DNA of 64,000 nucleotides from Methanotrichaceae archaeon (lineage in GTDB: Archaea; Halobacteriota; Methanosarcinia; Methanotrichales; Methanotrichaceae): NCBI GenBank assembly GCA_963803145.1, contig CAWDLW010000015.1, positions 160,001 to 224,000 of the forward strand. The letters run 5' to 3'. Under the pieces are notes generated by a model. The model searched no databases. It saw nothing but the letters and a program-made list of their open reading frames with translations, and was not told the origin of the DNA. Of the stretch, positions 59,633-64,000 are shown in pieces. Position numbers and translations under genes: made by a program. Numbering within the stretch: position 1 is the first letter of the stretch; each line of letters opens with the position of its first letter.

Positions 59633-61087
59633 ATGGTCCGGACCTACAGGCTGCTGATAATAGGACTACTATTGACATTTATTCTGGTAGGATCAGCATC
59701 GGCGCAATCCAACTCTACATATAGCATTAGCGCCGCCGATGTAGTAGCCAAGATAAAATCTGGCGAGGCTGTGGATTACCAGAATGTCTCAATAGAGGGC
59801 AATCTGGATCTAAGCGGTCTGAATGTTCCCGTAAACCAAGCTGTGATAATAACAAATTCACGAATCGGCAGTGCTAACTTCGATGGCGTCACATTTGAGG
59901 AGCCTTTGGATATGAGCGGCTCAGTGTTTCAGAAAAGCGTCAGTTTTGCAAAGGTCAAGTTCCTTTCAGACGCGAGGTTTACAGGCTCGGCTTTCATGGG
60001 TCCTGCAGACTTCAGAGATACTGATTTCGAAGGACCCACTTCATTTACCAGCGCGCAGTTTTTTAGCGATACAAGCTTTGGAAACGCCCAGTTCAGCAGC
60101 GATGCAAGTTTTTTAGATTCCAGCTTTGCTAGGGATGTGGACTTCAACTTCGCCCAGTTCTCTAGAACTGCATCTTTCTGGAATGCCAGTTTCGATAATG
60201 TTAGCTTTCTTGAGGCGAAGTTCATGGAACACGCCTCCTTCGGCTATACCCAATTCAATGGCAATTCTGTCTTTGCAGCCACGAATTTCGGAAGCGATGT
60301 AGTCTTCAAGTCATCGATATTTAGAGGCAATACCACCTTTGGGCTTTCTAAGTTCGACGGCTTATGCGACTTCACTGGTGTGAACTTCAAGGTCATGGCC
60401 ACGTTTTTAGGCACGAAGTTTTCCGATAATGTTTATTTCACTGACGCAAAGTTCGATAAAGATCTGATACTCGAGGGCGCAAGAATATACAGCATGCAGC
60501 TCGACAATGTTACCTTTGCAGAGGGCTCTAAAATAAACTTGAAGGATGCGGACTTCACCAGATTTGTAGTCAGGTGGAACGCCATTAAGGATCGCTTAAT
60601 CTTCGATGGGGCCGCCTATCAGGCGCTTGTCAAAAATTACAAGAACCTTGAATGGTTCGACGACTCTGATGACTGCTACTATCAGTACAGAATGCTTACT
60701 CAGTCCCAGGAGCCATGGGGCTGGACGAAGATCATAGATATTGTATCCTGGTTATCCTGCGGCTACGGGGTGCGTGTGAGCTATGTCACATTCTGGTGTA
60801 TCTTCACAATCCTTTTCTTCGGCTTCATCTACTGGGCTGGCAACGGTATGAGGCGATTCGAGCTTTCCGGCAGAGAGGTTCCGACGGATGGAGAGAGTAC
60901 GAATGATGATAGAACCCCGTTAACCGATGCCGTCTATTTCAGCACAGCGATGTTTACAACCTCTCAAGCCCCTTATTATAACTATCCTGTAGGAATCTAT
61001 AGACATCTGGCGATGTTTGAGGGCATACTCGGATGGTTCTTCCTCGGCCTCTTTGTCGTTGTGCTAAGTGGAGTATTGATACGATAG
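59633..61087 (+). CDS. Pentapeptide-repeat protein with C-terminal two-TM ion-channel-like domain
   Basis: Signal peptide; (A/S).F...(.F) repeats; GYG.R...TM, DAVYFS...T pore-like helix, EGILG.FFLGLFV. Confidence 0.85.
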   Translation: MVRTYRLLIIGLLLTFILVGSASAQSNSTYSISAADVVAKIKSGEAVDYQNVSIEGNLDLSGLNVPVNQAVIITNSRIGSANFDGVTFEEPLDMSGSVFQKSVSFAKVKFLSDARFTGSAFMGPADFRDTDFEGPTSFTSAQFFSDTSFGNAQFSSDASFLDSSFARDVDFNFAQFSRTASFWNASFDNVSFLEAKFMEHASFGYTQFNGNSVFAATNFGSDVVFKSSIFRGNTTFGLSKFDGLCDFTGVNFKVMATFLGTKFSDNVYFTDAKFDKDLILEGARIYSMQLDNVTFAEGSKINLKDADFTRFVVRWNAIKDRLIFDGAAYQALVKNYKNLEWFDDSDDCYYQYRMLTQSQEPWGWTKIIDIVSWLSCGYGVRVSYVTFWCIFTILFFGFIYWAGNGMRRFELSGREVPTDGESTNDDRTPLTDAVYFSTAMFTTSQAPYYNYPVGIYRHLAMFEGILGWFFLGLFVVVLSGVLIR

Positions 61088-61138
61088 CATCAGCCTCGGA
61101 AAGGTTGATATACGTGATTGCTTCATGAAAAGCTTCGA

Positions 61139-61213
61139 GGGCGCGTGGCCTAGTCAGGACAAGGCGGCAGCCTCCTAAGCTGTAGATCGGGGGTTCGAAT
61201 CCCCCCGCGCCCG
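61139..61213 (+). tRNA. tRNA-Arg (CCT)
   Basis: Acceptor GGGCGCG/CGCGCCC, anticodon arm gcagc-ctCCTaa-gctgt, T-loop GTTCGAATC. Confidence 0.95.
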
Positions 61214-61320
61214 CTTTCTCCCTGGCTTGTTTTATCAAGATAACAGCGGGCGACAGAAGCAGTGACTCGCAGTGCTCAGACTAAAGCTAGCGCTTTCTTA
61301 GCCAGGATCAAACATCTGAA

Positions 61321-61995
61321 TCAATAGCCCAAACACTCATTTACCAGTATTAGCGTGATTCTGCCGGTCTGCTTTTCATTCGCTAGTATCACGCACTTTC
61401 CTATCCAACTTGGAGCGCCTAGTGCTTTCTTGGCACGCGCATCCTCCAATGGAAAGGCATACTCCATCACCCTCTGCAGTGCATCAGAAAGCGTTGGAAC
61501 TATCTTGTTCACGCCCGAAATGAGAATCAGGTGCTTGGCTGCAAAAGGCCAGGCTCCAACTCGGCTTCCGGTTCCATCACAGGATACAATCTCACCTGTC
61601 ATGGCGATGGCATTGACCCCTGAGAGAAAGTATTCGGCGCTGACCGATCTTCTTCTGAGCTCATTTCTCTTCCCAGCATCGTTCTCTGATATCACAATTT
61701 TGCGCAGATTCTTCCAGCTTGATTTTTCGCTATTCGCCAGGTCATCATAGCCAATCTCTATTAGTGTTGTGGATGAACCGTTCATAACCTCAGCGCCTTG
61801 AGGTATGATCTCCTTAATTTTAGCAAGGGCTGCATTTCCATCAGGAACGCGTATTACTTTGATGTTGCCCTTTTCCTCGATTGTCTTGGCTGTCGTATTT
61901 ATCTCGCTCTCGGAGGGGACACGGTTCCACCTTTTCGAATCGATCTTTAATTCAGGCAAAAGGTTGACAGCGCTGTATTTAGTGGCGTTTACCAT
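61321..61995 (-). CDS. LUD-domain (LutC/YkgG-like) protein
   Basis: GSSTTLIEIG, FLSGVNAIAMTGEIVSCDGTGSRV, GVNKIV, ILVNECLGY. Confidence 0.85.
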   Translation of the reverse strand: MVNATKYSAVNLLPELKIDSKRWNRVPSESEINTTAKTIEEKGNIKVIRVPDGNAALAKIKEIIPQGAEVMNGSSTTLIEIGYDDLANSEKSSWKNLRKIVISENDAGKRNELRRRSVSAEYFLSGVNAIAMTGEIVSCDGTGSRVGAWPFAAKHLILISGVNKIVPTLSDALQRVMEYAFPLEDARAKKALGAPSWIGKCVILANEKQTGRITLILVNECLGY

Positions 61996-62107
61996 TCAAT
62001 CACCCTTTAACTATCATGAACTGCACTAATAGTATAAACTACTGTTAAATATCAATTATTGTCAAAGATTGTCAAATAATATTGAAAAACGAAGATTGAG
62101 GTCTGGA

Positions 62108-62536
62108 TCAGCTCGTAGTGCTGGCCTTAACGATATCCTTAACAATATACTTGACTAAGTCAGGGCTAACCTTAGTCTTCCCCTGAATTTGAGCTGTGAC
62201 CTCATCTATGCTCAAACCTAACGCAACCATAGCGCGGATTTCCGTCAGGGTGATATCATCCACGGTCAAATATCCATCGAAATTATTCCCATTATCCAGG
62301 CTATCCCAGATATCCCCCTCCAACAGCTCTATACCCTGCATCTCCAGGAATACTTGAAGAGCATTAGACATAGCCTTTCGATATGATGGCGATACTTGGA
62401 TCATTCTGAGACGAGGACATCTCTGCATGAGGGTGAGGATATCTACGTTTGAGGCTCTAAAGGCCAAATGAATCATCTTATCATCGGGATTGAGTTTAGG
62501 TATCTCAATCCTTTCGCTAACTATTCTAAGTCTCAT
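62108..62536 (-). CDS. DUF1699-like methanogen protein
   Basis: MRLRIVSERIEIPKLNPDDKMIHLAFRASNVDI...CPRL...LEMQGIELLEGDIW; start placed at ATG 62536. Confidence 0.75.
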   Translation of the reverse strand: MRLRIVSERIEIPKLNPDDKMIHLAFRASNVDILTLMQRCPRLRMIQVSPSYRKAMSNALQVFLEMQGIELLEGDIWDSLDNGNNFDGYLTVDDITLTEIRAMVALGLSIDEVTAQIQGKTKVSPDLVKYIVKDIVKASTTS

Positions 62537-62959
62537 ATTCTCTAGATTAATATAATGAACCAATCTCATTAATAGATGCTTGAACTGATCACTTGTGTAT
62601 AAATCGGCATGAATAGAACATAAACATTGGAAGAAATAAATTAATGTATCGATAATTGAGCATCTTACAGCCGACTTAAAACTCGTTGAAGAGCTTAAAG
62701 GGAACCCGACCTCAATTGACCAGCTCAAATCCAAGCGAGAGATACGGCATCCTCTTTGAATTCCATTCCATATAAAGCGTATTTTCAGAAGGTAACCAAG
62801 GAATTTATCTTTTTCATAGAATCTTTAGGATGTTATTATATATTATACTGATTATAAATCCGTAAAAGTTATATTACCTAACATACTAAATATCATTGCT
62901 AATCTCAAAAGGGACCAATCTTCCGATAGATAATATAGATTAACGAACGGAGGGAGACT

Positions 62960-63208
62960 ATGAAACGAAGTAGGCATACCATTATTTCGCAAGTCTTGAA
63001 TATATGTATTGGCGGCGCAAGCAAAACTAAAATAGTATATCAAGCGAACCTCAACTTCAGAACGGTTAATCCTTATATAGAGCTGCTTACAAAAAACGGC
63101 CTTATCAATATCAAGAATGGATCGACTGTAATATATGAGACTACAGAAAAAGGCAAGTCACTCTTGGATAGCATCAGACAAGTACAAAATGAATTATCAA
63201 AAACATAA
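62960..63208 (+). CDS. Winged-helix DNA-binding protein (archaeal ArsR-like)
   Basis: MKRSRHTIISQVLNIC..GASKTKIVYQANLNF...YETTEKG; GGAGGG SD. Confidence 0.9.
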   Translation: MKRSRHTIISQVLNICIGGASKTKIVYQANLNFRTVNPYIELLTKNGLINIKNGSTVIYETTEKGKSLLDSIRQVQNELSKT

Positions 63209-63339
63209 CGCCGCTTATTGAAGAATCGGATCTGATGCATTAGCTGGGTGATGCCGGAGAATGGATAATAGTCTGTTCCATTCTCAGAATACCTCTATCC
63301 ATATCTTCCTGTTCGATAAATTCTAATGGACTCTGGCGT

Positions 63340-63771
63340 TTACCCCTCGCTATCTGCCAGGTCTTTATCTGGAATTATTATCTCCCACACCTCATTCTCT
63401 AAATCATTGATTGCACCGTCGTAATACTGAGCATTAACTTTATTATAAGCCCGATCAGCTGCCAAATTTACATTCTCTGGATAGCCTGTTCCCTCAAAGT
63501 TCATTGCATGAAGCGCACAGATTATATAATCCATCTCTACTTGCGTAAGATCGATCTCAACCTGTTTAGTGGTATCGAATTTATCTCGGAATAAATTTGG
63601 AAGTTGTATTTCCCCGCCTCTTCTCAGCTTCAGATAAACCGCGTCCATGAATTTATGCGCTAGAACATAAAGATCCCTTCTGGATACGGATTTGGGAAGG
63701 AAAAAATCATCCATATCGCTGAGTGCTGATAGAATTATATTGGCTTCCTCAAGATCAAATAACGACCTCAT
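63340..63771 (-). CDS. Hypothetical acidic protein
   Basis: 143 aa ORF with GAGGG SD; no family recognised. Confidence 0.6.
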   Translation of the reverse strand: MRSLFDLEEANIILSALSDMDDFFLPKSVSRRDLYVLAHKFMDAVYLKLRRGGEIQLPNLFRDKFDTTKQVEIDLTQVEMDYIICALHAMNFEGTGYPENVNLAADRAYNKVNAQYYDGAINDLENEVWEIIIPDKDLADSEG

Positions 63772-64000
63772 AAGGACCCCTCGATCCTCTCATAGAGAAT
63801 CTAATTAAAAAGGTTTCAGGGTAGTTTGTTCCTTATTTCATATGATCAATAACTTTTGGGTTAACTGCCACACCATGAAGGGTATGGCTTGTAGCTAGTG
63901 GTCTACCTGCCAAAGCCGATAAAATCGAAGATAACGGTTATGTTAGATACGACAAAGGATGCAATGTTCATGGATTATTCAAACCGGGATCTCCCTGAAA

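Noticed and set aside
1-64000. CRISPR array
   Set aside because: No run of identical 25-40 bp repeats with unique spacers was seen; the repeats found are intragenic or two-copy
61213-64000. Integrative element at tRNA-Arg or tRNA-Trp
   Set aside because: No integrase and no duplicated tRNA 3' end within the window; cannot be excluded beyond the edge

Overview
Archaeal DNA, most consistent with a Methanotrichaceae (Methanothrix-like) methanogen. This is inferred from AglB, archaeal PolB, Kae1, Taw1, an intron-containing tRNA-Trp, a Methanosarcinales-type S-layer domain and many secreted TPR proteins. The left end (1-16 kb) is an envelope locus: a MacB-type ABC transporter, a COG1361-like partner and AglB, interleaved with three paralogs of an unrecognised secreted beta-rich protein, an AT-richer insert (GH16-like protein, RelE toxin-antitoxin pair) and a membrane-anchored wHTH regulator. 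Housekeeping genes (nadE, polB, kae1, purD, taw1) and three tRNAs (Lys-CTT, Trp-CCA with box C/D intron, Arg-CCT) alternate with accessory blocks of secreted proteins. One block (28.9-45.2 kb) is a hydrolase island with an anaerobic sulfatase maturase, two Cys-type sulfatases and C69 and S9 peptidases. The most striking features missed by the ORF track are: (i) orphan, diverged copies of gene 3' ends (polB tail; tail of the 33212-34696 gene) lying 4-5 kb downstream of their parent gene with cargo genes in between; (ii) several secreted-protein genes whose best Shine-Dalgarno sequence and signal peptide point to an ATT start codon; (iii) apparent single-base frameshifts in the maturase and the S9 peptidase, an AbrB::MFS in-frame fusion and a glnA pseudogene. 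No CRISPR array, integrase or intact transposase was seen. All family assignments come from motif recognition, not database searches.
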